Under the pieces are notes generated by a model that saw only the letters and a list, made by a program, of their open reading frames with translations, did no database searches and was not told the DNA's origin. Made by a program: the position numbers and the translations under genes. Below, one piece after another: positions 1 through 13,479 of a DNA stretch of 64,000 bases; position 1 is the first letter of the stretch, and each line of letters opens with the position of its first letter. Source of the DNA: Paraspadella gotoi (Eukaryota; Animalia; Chaetognatha); the NCBI GenBank assembly GCA_051294375.1, contig CM119263.1, positions 26,328,758 through 26,392,757 of the forward strand, written 5' to 3'.

Positions 1-23
1 TCTCTCTCTCTCTCTCCTCTCTC

Positions 24-95
<72 letters not shown>

Positions 96-563
96 GTTTT
101 GACTTTCTAATTTTTCCCTTTTCTTTTCTGTTTATTTTTTTGTGCCGTTCTCTTTGTTTTTTATTCCGTCACTATGTCACTTCCTCTTCCTTCTTTTGCG
201 TTATCTTTTCTCTTCCGAAAATAAAAATATTTACAAGGTCGGGAAGAAAAAGTTAAAAGAAAGAGAGATAAAAGGTAAAACAATTTTTTAACTGGTTCTT
301 TTGAGAGGAGGAATACCGTGTTGCTGCAGAAAACAAATTTTGCCACCTCCCCTTAGCTCTGGTCCTGACAGAAACCTTTGATGTTTTTATCATTCCAGAA
401 ATGGTAATATATTTCGATTTTTTTTTCTCCTATCAAAAAAGAACCGAGTAAAGCAATAAAACAATAAAACCTTTTCAACAACCAACTTTTCTCGCTCCCC
501 ACCCCTCTCACCCCCAATCAGGCGCCGACTTTCACGACCGCCCTCAACTCCGCCTTCGCACAG

Positions 564-1290
564 CCTACGTTCCACGCGCCCTCGACGGATCCTTCATGCA
601 GCGGCCTTTCGCCGAAGAGGCCCGCCAAAGGGCGGAGCTCCGAAGGCTGCAGCTGCGGCTGCAGGAGCTGGAAGAAGGTCCGAAGACGCGACGGCAGCAG
701 CGGAGTCGGGAAGAGGCGGCAGCGAGATGGGACGATCGACGGAAAGCGGAGTCGCCCGTCGATTCGGACGACGAGACTGTGAAAAGTCGCGAAGAAGAGT
801 TGGACGAAGAAGAGGAGGATTCGATGGAGGATGAGGAAGGGTGGCGTCGAATTGACGAAGGAGTTGACGAAATCGACCGTGGGAGCGACGGCGTGGACTT
901 TAGCGTCATTAGTGAACCTTTAGGTCGACCGAAGTCAAATTCTGTGACGTCTCGTATCGAAACATCCGATAGGCGAAATCACGTGACGATTCAAGGACCG
1001 CTGAGTCGATATTACGGAATCGAGTCGGGAGACTGGGAAAGACGACAAGCCTTTCATCCGGCAGCCAATCTTAACAATAATCGGGACCAATATTTTCCGG
1101 TGGCGAAACCCGGCCGCGGGGACGACCATTCCTCTCAACGGGCCGCCAGTTGGGACACGAGTCGGGTCGCCCCGGAGCGGTCATCGTGTCAAGTTCACGG
1201 GGTCACTCGGGGTCACTTGCCGACGACGGTAGAACCCCAAAATCGTTCGGTACCACAAGTAACGGCTCCGCAAAGGGCATCGGCTCCGCG

Positions 1291-1326
<36 letters not shown>

Positions 1327-1630
1327 TTCTACCGAACTCGATAAAAACGGGAGAAGAAACGCAACTCGGTACAAAGACGACGACAACAACGACGAAAACG
1401 ACGACAACAAAGGAGAAAAGGCTAAACTCGATTTTGACGCGACCTCAAACGACCGCGGACGCCGAAAACGCCACGAGGGGCGTGGCGATCACGTTACGGC
1501 GTCGGAAAAGACGACGACGACCGCGAAAACGTCGAGGGAGGAAAAAATTCGCAACAACCTTAAAGGAAAGGGGAGGAAGTCGTTGAAGACCGGCTCCCAA
1601 ACCGCAGCTGAGGAATTAGAGAACAAAAAG
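564..1630 (+). CDS. Probable large internal coding exon of a low-complexity, charged/Ser-rich protein (N-terminal coiled-coil-like segment AEEARQRAELRRLQLRLQELEE)
   Basis: GC-rich, stop-free >1 kb frame (ORF 596-1657) bounded by acceptor ccttcgcacag| (563) and donor aaaaag|gtaatg (1630). No recognisable domain. Confidence 0.55.
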
Positions 1631-1730
1631 GTAATGGGTTGGGAAGTAAGGAATTAAGGGAATTAAGGGGATGAGGAGGGTTGGTTGGGGTCTAAGGAGA
1701 AAGGGAAAATGGGGGAATGTATCCCCTGTT

Positions 1731-1789
<59 letters not shown>

Positions 1790-1804
1790 TAGAAGAGAGA
1801 GAGT

Positions 1805-1894
<90 letters not shown>

Positions 1895-2224
1895 AGAGAA
1901 CGGGGCGGGAGTCATCGGGAAAATGGCCGGAATTGGTCTCCCAATCGTCGACGTAAAACGAAAAATGACCCTGACCAAGAAATCGTTAACATATGCGGAC
2001 TGGTAGAGTCGGACTGGGAGAGCTTTAATTTTCAGCCTGTCGGGGGGTTATGTTTTTATTGTATAAATTAGAATAAAAAACGAAACGTTTTTTTTTTTTT
2101 TTTTAATTCAAGTTACTTGGAAGCTGAAGATTCCTTCGTTTTTCTAAATGTTCGCCCAGTTTAATAGGAATTGAGGAATTTAGGATTAATTAAGAATAGC
2201 TGAGGGTATGAAATGAAGATAAAG

Positions 2225-2283
2225 GCTGAGGGAGGATATGAAATGAAGATAAAGTTTATCTTCATTTCATATCCTCCCTCAGC
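2225..2283. repeat. Perfect 29-bp-arm hairpin preceded by a partial direct copy of the left arm
   Basis: gctgagggaggatatgaaatgaagataaa-g-tttatcttcatttcatatcctccctcagc; near-copy gctgagggtatgaaatgaagataaa starts at 2199. Confidence 0.9.
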
Positions 2284-2460
2284 TAATCTTTATTAAAGAG
2301 TAATTTTTTAAAACAAAATCTCCTTTTCTCGTCCTTCGGTCGATTTTGTCTAGAAAAGAATAGTTTCTTATCCTCACAAACTGAGAGAAAGAAAAAATAG
2401 GGAGAGAGAGAGGGGGAAGCTGAGAATTAAGATCTATTTTTCTCTCTTTCTCTCTTTCTC

Positions 2461-2531
<71 letters not shown>

Positions 2532-3007
2532 CTCTCTCTTTCTTTTTTTCCCTCTTTCGTTCTTTTTTTCCCTCTTTCTTTCTTTCCTTCATTAATTTAT
2601 ATTTGGGCGACGTTCCTGAAGATGGCGTAAAACCAATCATAGTTTCTCTCTCTTCTCTTTCTCTTTTCTCTCTCCTCTCTCTCTTCTCTCTCTGCTCTCT
2701 CCTCTCTCTCTCTGCTCTCTCTCTCTCTGCTCTCTGTTTTTCTCTCTATTTCTTTCCCCCCACTCTTTTCACTCTTTTTCTCGATTAATAATAATTTACA
2801 ACAAAGCCAGGCCAGGGTTTTTACTACGTATTTAGCCCAATATCGTGGAGTTATTTTTTTTTTTTCTCTTTTTCTGATTTGATTTTATCTCTTTAATTCT
2901 ATTTCTCTTTTTTTTCATATTTTTTTATTTTTGTGATTAGAATGCTTGCAATGGACAAATCTGGAACTAATCGAAAGCCGATGACACAGAAACGAGACCT
3001 TTCCAAT

Positions 3008-3105
<98 letters not shown>

Positions 3106-3759
3106 GAGAGAGAGAGAGACTGATAAAGAGATATGTTGACAAAATTACAGATGGTGAGAGAGAAATAAAAAAAAGATCAAGGCTGATATAGAAACAAAAA
3201 AAGAAAAGAAGCAGAGAAAAAAAAAGGAAGGAATCGAAAGCTATAAATAGTAAAGCGACAGACAACGAGCATCGCTCCCCCTAACGATCACCGAAAGAGC
3301 AAAGCCTCAAACCGCAACGCCATCCTGTGACAAGTTTTTTCGTTTCAGTCTCCCACTGTCGTCGATGCCATTTTGTCGGCGCTGAAGTTGAAGTCGTTTG
3401 GCGGCGAGGCGGCGCCACCTGAGTCGTCGTCGACGGCGGCGAATACCGGCGAAGAAACAAAAGACGTGCGTTTATTTTCTCTTTATTGCTCTCTCTCCCC
3501 ATTTTTTTAGCCTCATTTCTAGTTGAAAAAAAAAATGGAAGTGACGACGGAAAAATTTATGTCTTTGTACGAAATGAAAAAAAAAATGTATGTCGTACAA
3601 TGTTGAATTATTCAATCTTGTGAATCTGAGCTGAGGTGAGGTGAGGTGAGAAAATAGGGTGAGGAAACATCCGGGAAAGAAAAATTCGGTGTGTGTGATT
3701 ACGAGTTGAAAGCTCGAGGGAAGAAAAGCTCTGGGAGTTGGTCTCCTTCGCGGCCTCTC

Positions 3760-3849
<90 letters not shown>

Positions 3850-4242
3850 TTCCTCAATCCTTTCTCTCTCTCCTTTATTTTTAATTATCTCTCAGTATCT
3901 CTTTCTTTTTTCAATCTCTTTCTCTCCGTAGACTTTAAGGCCAAGGGAAACAAAAAAAAAAAGAGATGTCGTACAGTCACAAGTATCTGAATTGAGGAAG
4001 CCAAGTTAAATCTCAAAGACAATAAGTGTAGAGTGCACGTTTTGTTTACTAAAATAGGTAAAAGATGGCAGCACTGCAACTCTTTCTCACGCCTGCGAAT
4101 CATATGTATTTTCGAATTGAGAATCTCTTTTCGTACTATTTTTTATTTTGTTTATGGTGTTTGTGTTTATCTTTTACTCGTTTATTTTTATGATTCAAGA
4201 AAAAACAGTGTTTTTTTTTCACATGGATGTGCTTGAATCCAG

Positions 4243-4718
4243 AAAGGAGACCACGGAGAGATGAGCGAAGATGTCGACGACGACGACGACGACGAAGACG
4301 ATGGAAAAGATTTCTCTTTTCTTCGAGACTCTCCATTCTTAAAAAAGGTGGCTGATGTTAACTTGATTTTACGCTCGGATAAACAGATTAAGTTTCACCT
4401 CGACTCGGAATTTTTTAAACGTTTATATATGAAAGAAGCTGACGAATGGGTTTTCCTTTGAGATTCTCTCTCTNNNNNNNNNNCTCTCCTCTCCAAAAAC
4501 TCGTACTTGTAACAACATTATAGTTCTCTTAACCGCATCAAAGTTTTTACTCTCGAAAATTCACAATTCACATACTTATGACATAGGTGAAGGAATTCAA
4601 GTCGACTGTCGGCGCAGAATTTAGGAAAAAAAAAGCGCTGAGAGAAATAAGGAGGCACAAACTCGTTATAAATGAAATTAAAAACTGGATAGAAGAACCA
4701 GAAGGTCAGTTAGTTTGT

Positions 4719-4813
<95 letters not shown>

Positions 4814-5019
4814 TTTTGTATTTTGTATTTATTTATTTATTTATTTATTTATTTTTTTATTTATTTATGTGTTTATTTATTTATTTAATTTTTTATTTTC
4901 ATATTTATTCTCTTTTATTTTTCATTTCTATTCGTTTTCTATTTCTTTGTTTTGAATGGGAATAGATTAAGAAAACGAGTTTTGAAAGAAGACATTCGAA
5001 GAATGCCGTCATTCATGTC

Positions 5020-5063
<44 letters not shown>

Positions 5064-5529
5064 CTCCCCATCCCCCTTCCCACCATAGATTCGGAAGAGG
5101 CAGTCTTTCAAATTGTCTCGTCAAGATTCAACGAATCAGAAACCAGAATGATCGAGCAATTTCTTCGACGTCCTGACACGGACGAAGAGGACGAAGACGA
5201 CGACGACGAAGATGACGACGATGATGACTACGACGACTACAACGACGACCTCCAGATCAAAAGGGACACAAGATCGCGCCAAGACTCGCGCTCACCCTTT
5301 CACAGGCTTTTGTCGAGTGAGAATGGTGAGGTTGGGCGGCTGATGTTGGAGGGATATAATTAGTGTTTTAAGAGTGACAGTTTGGAAAAGTGGAAACATT
5401 GATGCAAAATCTGATATCATACCGATGAATTAGATAAGAGAAACTAATATTTTTTATCATAGATTGGATGGACAACAAAATTTCTGCCAAAGTCGACGAA
5501 GAGGTCTTAAGGAACACAAACAACAACAG
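4243..5529 (+). CDS. Four phase-compatible exons (4243-4347, 4587-4704, 5089-5325, 5463-5529) of an acidic protein of unknown function
   Basis: All junctions are GT-AG and splice in frame (phases 0,1,1): ...DFSFLRDSPFLKK|VKEFKSTVGAEFRKKKALREIRRHKLVINEIKNWIEEPE|DSEEAVFQIVSSRFNESETRMIEQFLRRPDTDEED...|DWMDNKISAKVDEEVLRNTNNN. Introns contain (TTTA)n and (CT)n tracts. Confidence 0.6.
4717..4812. repeat. (TTTA)n microsatellite (intronic)
   Basis: Direct reading. Confidence 0.95.
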
Positions 5530-5549
5530 GTAGATCGGGATTAAGTTTT

Positions 5550-5663
<114 letters not shown>

Positions 5664-5744
5664 TTTCCCCCCTCACATACCTCATATCTGTAGTCGGGCA
5701 TTGCCTAGGTTCACCCCGCCTAGAAACATGACGCTTTCAGTTGT

Positions 5745-5970
5745 GACCCGGTGGCTCATTGAGTAAAGCCATCAGCTCATGACCACTAGGTACCGGGTTC
5801 AATCCCAACCCGGTACCTACCCTGCGGGAAGCGTGAGGACGGCCGTAAGCCGCCTTGGGGGCATGGCAAACCCTCAAGCCTGGTTCCAAGCCCAGGGACC
5901 CGTTCCATGGCTGCTAGAGGGGGTTATAGAAGTTACGGACAGTCATCTTCAGCCCACGTAGCGCCTTATC
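5745..5970 (+). mobile_element. tRNA-derived SINE-like element (family 1)
   Basis: Pol III A-box-like TGGCTCATTGAG (5752-5763), anticodon-loop-like CTCATGA and B-box GGTTCAATCCC (5796-5806). Acceptor stem is imperfect. GC-rich body contains GGGCATGGCAAACCCTC. The 3' boundary is approximate. Confidence 0.6.
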
Positions 5971-7185
5971 CACATATCCCTCTCATACTCCCTATGTTCA
6001 TTTCTAAAATTTCGCTTGCTCGGGTCTCAAAGAGTCAGAGCTTTTTTGACGAAAAATCACTCGAGCAAAAAAGAAATCGAATTAATGGTTTTTTGTCGTT
6101 TATGCAGTTGACATTCAGGCAAGAAAACAATTTTTTCCCTTATTTAAGAAAAACACCAATAAAAGGAATTTTAGCGGTTGACTAATTGAAGACTTCAAGT
6201 TCCTCACATTGCTGTTTCTTGTTTGTTTCCTTGAGCGAAAGTTTCGTTGGACTTACCGTTCCGCTTACAAGTAATTAGCCGAGACGCGACGCCAGGGCGA
6301 ATGAGAAGCGAAGATACAGACTCTTACGCTAACGGGGTTGCGTTGCTATTGCCAAGCGGGCTGTCACAGTCTGTTGATCATTTATTGCAAATTTCTTTTG
6401 GTTACTACTTACTAGTATTATAAAACCACGTGTTTTTCCATCCCGCATAATACCGAAAAATCCTTCAAATGATGTGCTATTGGGATTTTTTTAATCTTAA
6501 TTAAACTGTCTCATAATCTTAATTCCATAAAACAATTGAATGGAGTATTTAAAAGAAAAAATTCGACGAAATTTCCTCAGTGTATAAGTTCATAATAGCA
6601 TCAAGGATGTATAAATGATAGTCTGGAATAAAAATTGAGTTGAATGTTTGGTTCCGTTGTGGCTGGGTTTTTTTTTTCTCTCTGTAAAACAATTTTATTT
6701 TCCTCGTTGCTAAATTGAAGACGACGTCGCAGACAAAAAAGGAAATAAAAAGAAACATATGGAGAAAATAAAAATTTATTGTGACGATAAAGGAAAAAAA
6801 GAGAAAGACGCAATAACGCGAAAAACGGCAACGACTCGAAGAAAACGCATTCACTCCGACGAAAACACGAAAATGCGATCACCATGACGACGGAGACAAT
6901 GACGACCGATTGGGTGAGGTTTCCACGTTCTTGGGTCCTTGAGTTCATTCGTTTGCCATCTGGCTGGTGTTTTTTTTTCTCGTATAGCATCTCGTCTCAT
7001 CATACATTATTCAAATTAATTATACTCCTTGTCTTTATGATGAGGTTTGAAGAGGATGTATATTTATTTCTGTTTTCTCTTTAACTTTCCGCATTGTTGG
7101 CGCTTGTTTACTTCTTTCTCTTGCTCCAACAATTTTCCTCTCATTTTTTCTTTTCACCCTTTCTCCTCCTTTTCCCCATTTCATA

Positions 7186-7787
7186 GAAAGTTTCGGAAGA
7201 AATTACCCGAGGAACCTACCCCCTCTCACTCCCTTCCCTCGCAGAACGACTTGCTGTTGGGAAACCGTGAGCCCGAGCTGTGTACGAGCTCACTGCGTCT
7301 TCACCCGCGGACGGAACGAGCAAAAACCAAACACAGAGAATCCGTCGGCCGGATTGGTCGGCAAGCTTTCCCCCCTTCGACCGCAAGCGCCGGAAATTGA
7401 GCTCAGGGCAAGAGGAGGAGCGACGCACGATTTGTTCAACGCCGAAACAAAGTCGACGTCTCCATTAGCTCCGGAGGCGGGTCCTTGCAACGCGCCTCCG
7501 CACACTTGCGACGCCTGCCGGACACCCGAGTGCGAACCGGAGCCGGAGCCGAAGGCGCCGAGAAAGTGTCTGCCGCCCGGTTCGATTTCGCGGCAGTCGG
7601 CTTGTCCGCCGCCGCCTCCGCCGCCGTCGCCAACGCCGCCACCGCCGCCGCCGCCACCTCCGCCGCCACCTCCGCCGCCACGGACGATGGTTCCGGGTCA
7701 CACCGTCGACGTCGTCCCGAAGGTGGGGCGGTACCGCCAGTGATAAAACACATTGTTGTACGATTCTGTAGTGCGCGAAGTTGCTAA
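7186..7787 (+). CDS. GC-rich possible coding exon with (CCG)n-type repeat; reading frame ambiguous (poly-Pro, poly-Ala or antisense poly-Gly)
   Basis: Sharp GC island after a pyrimidine tract ending catag. Several overlapping open frames; none can be chosen. Confidence 0.3.
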
Positions 7788-7874
7788 GCCAATTATCAAT
7801 ATTTCATCGCTGCTGTCGATAAGTTGCTATGCCGTTGGAATTGACAGAACAGATAATATTCTCATTTCATAATC

Positions 7875-7965
<91 letters not shown>

Positions 7966-8455
7966 TTTCTCTCTTCTCTCTTTATATATATGTATATATT
8001 TTTTTTTATCTAATCAATTTGTCAACGACAGATTCCTTATTAATGTGAGCGCTTATGTCAACTTGTTTAAAATAATTGTATGTAATTATCTGATGATGCG
8101 ACGTTTCCTTTTTTTAAATTTGTTGCCACTGATCATGATGTCCTCCGTAAGAAGCTCGACGATCGGGATTAAAACTCTTTGCTCAATAAACTTACCATTC
8201 ACCGATCTTTAAATCCTCTTCTTTAATATCCTTTCACGTTACCCCTCCTTGTTCTTCTTCCCCGTTCTCCCTTTAAGTTCTCCTCTCCCCTTCCCCATCC
8301 ACAATTCACATTTTCCGATCTCCTTTCCCTTAACTTCATTCCCTAATTCTCCTTTCTCAAATCCTTTTCAATAATCTATTTTCAAAATCCCCTGTTCTGG
8401 AATCCCCAATCCCCAATTTCATTCTCCCATCCCCGATCTCCCTCCGCAACCCCAG

Positions 8456-10944
8456 AACGACAAGTTCGATCGCTTTTGCCTCGACGTCGTCGTCAACGAT
8501 AAAGTCACGGAACAAAAGTCGAGTTACGGTGAGAAGTCACTTGATTGGGGTAAGGATCGGGTGAGGTCGTTGGTAGGTCTGTCTTAAAAAGAGCAGGAGG
8601 GGTGACTTTTGTTTTTTAGCCAGAAATTTATTGATCAACGTCTGCGGATGTTATGAAAGATATTTTTTTATGACTTCGTGAATTTTTTATAAAACAAAAT
8701 TTTTTTTTCCTTGAAAAGTTTGTGAAACGTGCAATTTATTCTTTTTGGTTTCATTCACGGCTGGGTTGTTGCAGCTTTTTTTTATATTATTTTCATTATA
8801 AATAGAATCATCTATTTAGCGCCGCAAGGGGGGGGGGAGAAACGCGCATGAAAATACCTGATCTTTTGTTTTTTTTTGGAAAAAACTCCAAAACAAAAAA
8901 AACAAAAACGAGTAATATTGTTCTTTGCCGGATCTGCTTACAGCATTGTTTGCTCCAACTTGTTTCTATGTGAAAACCCGCGCAGTTCTGTTTTTTCTTT
9001 GATCTACGGATTATAATTCAAAAACTAATTATAATTCTCATTATAATTATAATTCTCATCCAAGACATATTTTAAGTCTTCATAAATTACTGTTATCGTT
9101 TGAAAAATGTAATTAAGCAATCATTGCCTCTTATAAAAGATATAATAAAGGGAAAAAGGACGGAGTGGAAAGGATAGCGAAAAACAGTTGAATTGCCAAT
9201 TTTGTCAGAGTCGGTCGGTCAGTGATCGGTCTCTCAACCGTAGATTGTTATTATAATTATACATAAAAAAAACGTCCGTTTTGGCTAAGAATTTTTTTTT
9301 TTTAATGTTAAAATAGATACGCGTTTTTGAATGGTAGATTAAATTATCACCATAAACGTTTGTCAATCATTGGTGGATCTCGATCTGTCATTGGTCTCTC
9401 GGTCATCGGTCGGTCAGTCACTAGTCGCTTGGTCGGTCGAATCGAGTAGGCGGCGATTAGTTTCGGCGTCTGCCCGTGATAAATCCGTTATTTTTTTTTT
9501 TTTTGTGGGACTCAGAGGACTAATTTATTCGTCGTCGTCATCGTCGTCGTTGTCGTCGTCGGTTTTGTTCGAGGTTTATTTCCCCAAAGTCAAAAAAACT
9601 CATCAATTAATGTGTCGCCGTCGTTGTCTCGGTTACAAATTATAAATAAATTCTAACTTACAGAAACAGGTTTTAATTTTTTAACCAAGATACGCGCTTG
9701 GAATTCTGACGATTGGGGAAAATGGCGCGTCCCTGACCTGAGCACGAAATTACAAGGAAGTTCTGAATGGTGTTAAGGGGTTGGTGGATAATAGCCTAAA
9801 TTTATGGATGATTGCCATAGTCCTCTTTTTTTTTTCAGCATCGAATATACAATTTATACATGTCGTCGTTGTCTTCTTCTTCGACGTCCTCGTACTCGTC
9901 GTCGGCGTATCGGGAAAAACACTCGAGTCTTTTTGATACTCAATCTCTCCTGTCTTAATTTCAAAACCATCTGACTCCAATGGAATCCAATAAAGTCTCA
10001 TTGCATCTTATTTTTTTCCTTCTTTTCTTTAAGTCCTCCTTCTCCCCCTTTTCCGCCCAGGTCTGCCCCTCTTCGAGACGGTCTGTCACGTCAAACTTAC
10101 GCCGGAAACGGAGGATGACGCCGCCGGAACGCGAGTGGGCGTGGACGCGTCAGGCGACGTGAACGTATCGAAGACGAAGACGGCGACGACGACGACAATG
10201 ACGAAGTTCGGCCTCGACGGTAAAAGCGACAATTCCTGGAGGAAGGGAGGGAAAGGGGGATTCGGCTCCTTTTGGATAATTGTTAATTATTACTTTTGGG
10301 TAATTGTTAATTATTACTTTTGTAATTGTTAATTATTACTTTTTCATTCAAGAACTTCAAGTTCGATTAGAATTGATTCTCTTGTGGCGGTATAATCACA
10401 CCGCCTCATCGTTCAGCCCATCCCGTTGGCCCAGAGGGCGAACGAACCTTCCCAGGCGTTGCGTTCGCATTCACAGTCCTACCGACTTCCCTCTGCGTTT
10501 GCAAAGCGAGACCGTCCTAGGTTAACCGCGCCAGTGACTGCAGTCGTCAGTGAGGGTCAGAAGCCCCAGAAGCCTACAGTGAGATGCCCCATCCCAATGT
10601 TCTCTCTTTCCTCCATTTTTCTTTTTTTTTTTCCTCCCTTTCCTCCACTCCCTTAGTCCCTTTTTGTTTCCTTCTCTTCCCTTCTGTTTCCTTATTTCCG
10701 TTTACCCTCCCCTTTCTCTTTCTGAACCATTTAACTTTTACCGGTCCCCCAATTGCACACTGACCCACTGATCCATTCCCCCGACTCACCCCCCCCCCTC
10801 CGCGCAATCCCCCCAGACCAATCAACCTCACTGATCGATGAAGTAACGCAGCGAGGTTGGCCGTGGAACTGGTGGAGACGAGGGGAAGAGGACGAGGAAG
10901 GAGTGGAGGAAGAAGACGAGGAAGAGGAGGAGGAGGCTGGATGA
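8456..10944 (+). CDS. Putative phase-1-linked exon chain (8456-8549, 10061-10219, 10353-10520, 10817-10944) ending in an acidic tail
   Basis: Each segment follows a pyrimidine-rich tract ending in AG and, except the terminal one, ends at GT. Joined in phase they give NDKFDRFCLDVVVNDK...GLPLFETVCHVKL...ELQVRLELILLW...DQSTSLIDEVTQRGWPWNWWRRGEEDEEG...stop. No family recognised. Confidence 0.35.
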
Positions 10945-11223
10945 TCAACCATTCGCCAGGGTCAAGACGTCCCGACCTCAGATGTCGTCGGTTGACATCG
11001 TAAAAAAAAAAAAGAAACTAAATTGCATCTTTGAAATTATTCTACTTCGGGATGATGAGTCCGTGAATAACGAAATCCGATTAGATGCGCGGCAGGAGCG
11101 GCAGCGGCGGCGTCGGCGTCGGCGGCGGCGGGAGCAGATGGAGCTGCGGCGGGAGCGACGGCGACTAAACGGCGTCCAGTGAAGCGATTATGGAGGAGGA
11201 GAACGGTGGGAGGAGGTGGTAGC

Positions 11224-11372
11224 GGAGATGGCAGAAGAAGTGGAGGGGATGGCAGAGAGGGTGATAGGTTGTGGTAGAGGAGATGGCAGAAGAAGTGGAG
11301 GGGATGCCGGAGAGGGTGAGATGTTATGGTAGAGGAGATGGCAGAAGAAGTGCAGGGGATGGCGGAGATGGC
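11224..11372. repeat. ~55-bp purine-rich minisatellite, about 2.7 copies
   Basis: ggagatggcagaagaagtg recurs at 11224, 11279 and 11334. Confidence 0.85.
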
Positions 11373-11590
11373 ACAAAACGTTTTAAAACGCCAGAGAAAA
11401 TGACGGAGAAGGGGACGACATGAGGAAACGTCAAAATGAAGGAAGTGTGGAGACAGTGAGGGGGTGGAGGTTTAGGCGGTCCAGAATTTAATATTTTTTA
11501 CAATATGAAAAAGTCTGCAATAAAAGTATTGTGTCCTTTTACAACCAAATTGACTTATGATGTTAGATTTTGATTAAATTCATTTTCCTC

Positions 11591-11934
11591 ATGCATGGAA
11601 GCATTTTAATATTTAGCAATATATAGGAAATAATTGAAAAAAATTTTAAGATATTAAAATTTTTAAAATGGATTCTGATAAAGATTAAAAAGTTGGATAA
11701 ATGTTAGTACTACAAATTTCTAAAATTGTAATGGTAAATGAGTAAAAAATTTTAAAAAACCTTAAAAAATCATCATCATCATCATTCAATAAATTTTATA
11801 GTTTTTGTTAATTTTCATAAATAAATCATTAAAATTTCAAAAAGTTGTAATAATAACCCTCATCTAACTTTTCAGGCTCTATCAGAATATTATATTATAT
11901 AGTATTTGGATAATATAAAATAGCTTCCATGCGT
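11591..11934. mobile_element. Degenerate AT-rich MITE-like palindromic element
   Basis: Terminal gcatggaagc (11593-11602) / gcttccatgc (11923-11932), inner attctgata..aaaaagtt / aacttttt..tatcagaat, and central (CAT)n. Related sequence occurs at ~55075-55200. Confidence 0.55.
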
Positions 11935-13479
11935 TTAACTATAAAATAAATCTTAAACTTTTTTTATTTTCTCGATCTTTATCTTTATCTTTAACAATAT
12001 TTATACCGGACTTCTGTTAGTTTGTAACCTGTTCCGCCTTAGTGGAGGTGTGAGCTCGTTTTCTCTTCGCTCTCGAATAATCCGCGTTTTCTCCGACTAA
12101 TTTTATTCGTCGCTATTTTTAGCAGAGATGTTTGCCTCGTTATTTTGACCCTTCCTTTGCCTCTCGCTTTTCTGCATCGATTGACCGACGCAGGGACGGA
12201 CGGACGGACCGACGGACGGGACGACGAACCGACCGATAATAGAAAACGGATCAAAAAAACCGTTAGGAATGAGGACGAGGGGAAAAAAGAAAATTAAGTC
12301 GTAATAAGGTAATAAATCATGATTAAATTAAAAAGTGCATCTGTTAAAAATGTAAACTAACGTCCCGATGAGTTAATAAATCTTAATCAAATAATATTTA
12401 TATTTATTAAAAGAAGATACATAGAGACAGAGCATTAATAAGAATTAGATTCATCGCTCGATCTCACGAAAAGAGAAAATCACCGCCTCTTTACAAATCC
12501 AATTTTTATTCGGAAGCTCGTGCGTTTGCAGATTTCATCTTGGGTGCGATCGCACCGTAACCGATCGTTATGGCGATGACAAAAATGGTGAATGAGACGG
12601 AGTTAAATTAAGATAAACTATCAATTTTAATTCTCGAAAAAATTTACAAAATTGAAGGTCATAACAACATATGCACGGAATTGATTTTTAATTAGACTTG
12701 GGAATAATATTTTTTTGAAAATTCCCGAAATTAATTTTTTAGAGAATTTCTGCCCAGATATTGTCTGCTTCTTGTTTATTCTCCTTAGTCGTAGATTTTC
12801 AAACTTTAAAAAAAGTTATTTCGTTGCTGAGCTTATCTCCGTCGGAGATAGCGTTGTCGTCGATTAAAAAGAAGTAAATTTTCCAATCCCACTCGTGTAT
12901 AAAAATAAAATTAGAATTAAAATCAAAATTAAAATTTTAATTTCAAAGTTACCACGTTATTCCATGGATACTCCGCGACGTAAGAAACACGTTTTTTATT
13001 TTCTCTCTCTATTGATTGAGCTGCTTTCTGGTCAATGACCTTTTGCCTGCCAATATTTCTTTTTCTGTTGCTCCTTCCTTCCTTCCATTTTTTTAAATAT
13101 TTTTTTAAAATTTCTCATACTCTTTCTTTCTTTAGCGCATTCAGTGAGTTTTTAAAATAATTTTATCACTTCCCATGAAAAGTCTTCAAGACGTATTTTA
13201 AGAAGAAATTCAATAAAATGTATGCTTTTAAAACATCCTAAAAACTATAAATTACCATCGCCGATGGCCGATGGCATAGGAATCAATTTCATGATCTTTT
13301 GTTTAAATAAAACATTATTCGCCTTTCACGCCGCCCTCTGTTCGTAATTTTTCACTAGGTAATTGATCATTTGTTTAACTTTGCAAGTTTCCTATGCTTT
13401 GGTTTTGCTGCTTTATTTCTAAGTACTTTAAATGTAATTGAACATCGTATGGTGGACTAAAATCCACCAACCTTTCATC

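Noticed and set aside
2617-2645. CTGAAGA-TGG...CCA hammerhead-like start
   Set aside because: No GAAA box or stem III follows.
5745-5817. Functional tRNA-Met gene
   Set aside because: Acceptor and anticodon stems do not pair properly and the sequence continues into a SINE-like body.
10277-10343. Three ~23-bp repeats (taattgttaattattactttt) as a possible CRISPR-like array
   Set aside because: No unique spacers and a eukaryotic context; this is a simple intronic tandem repeat.
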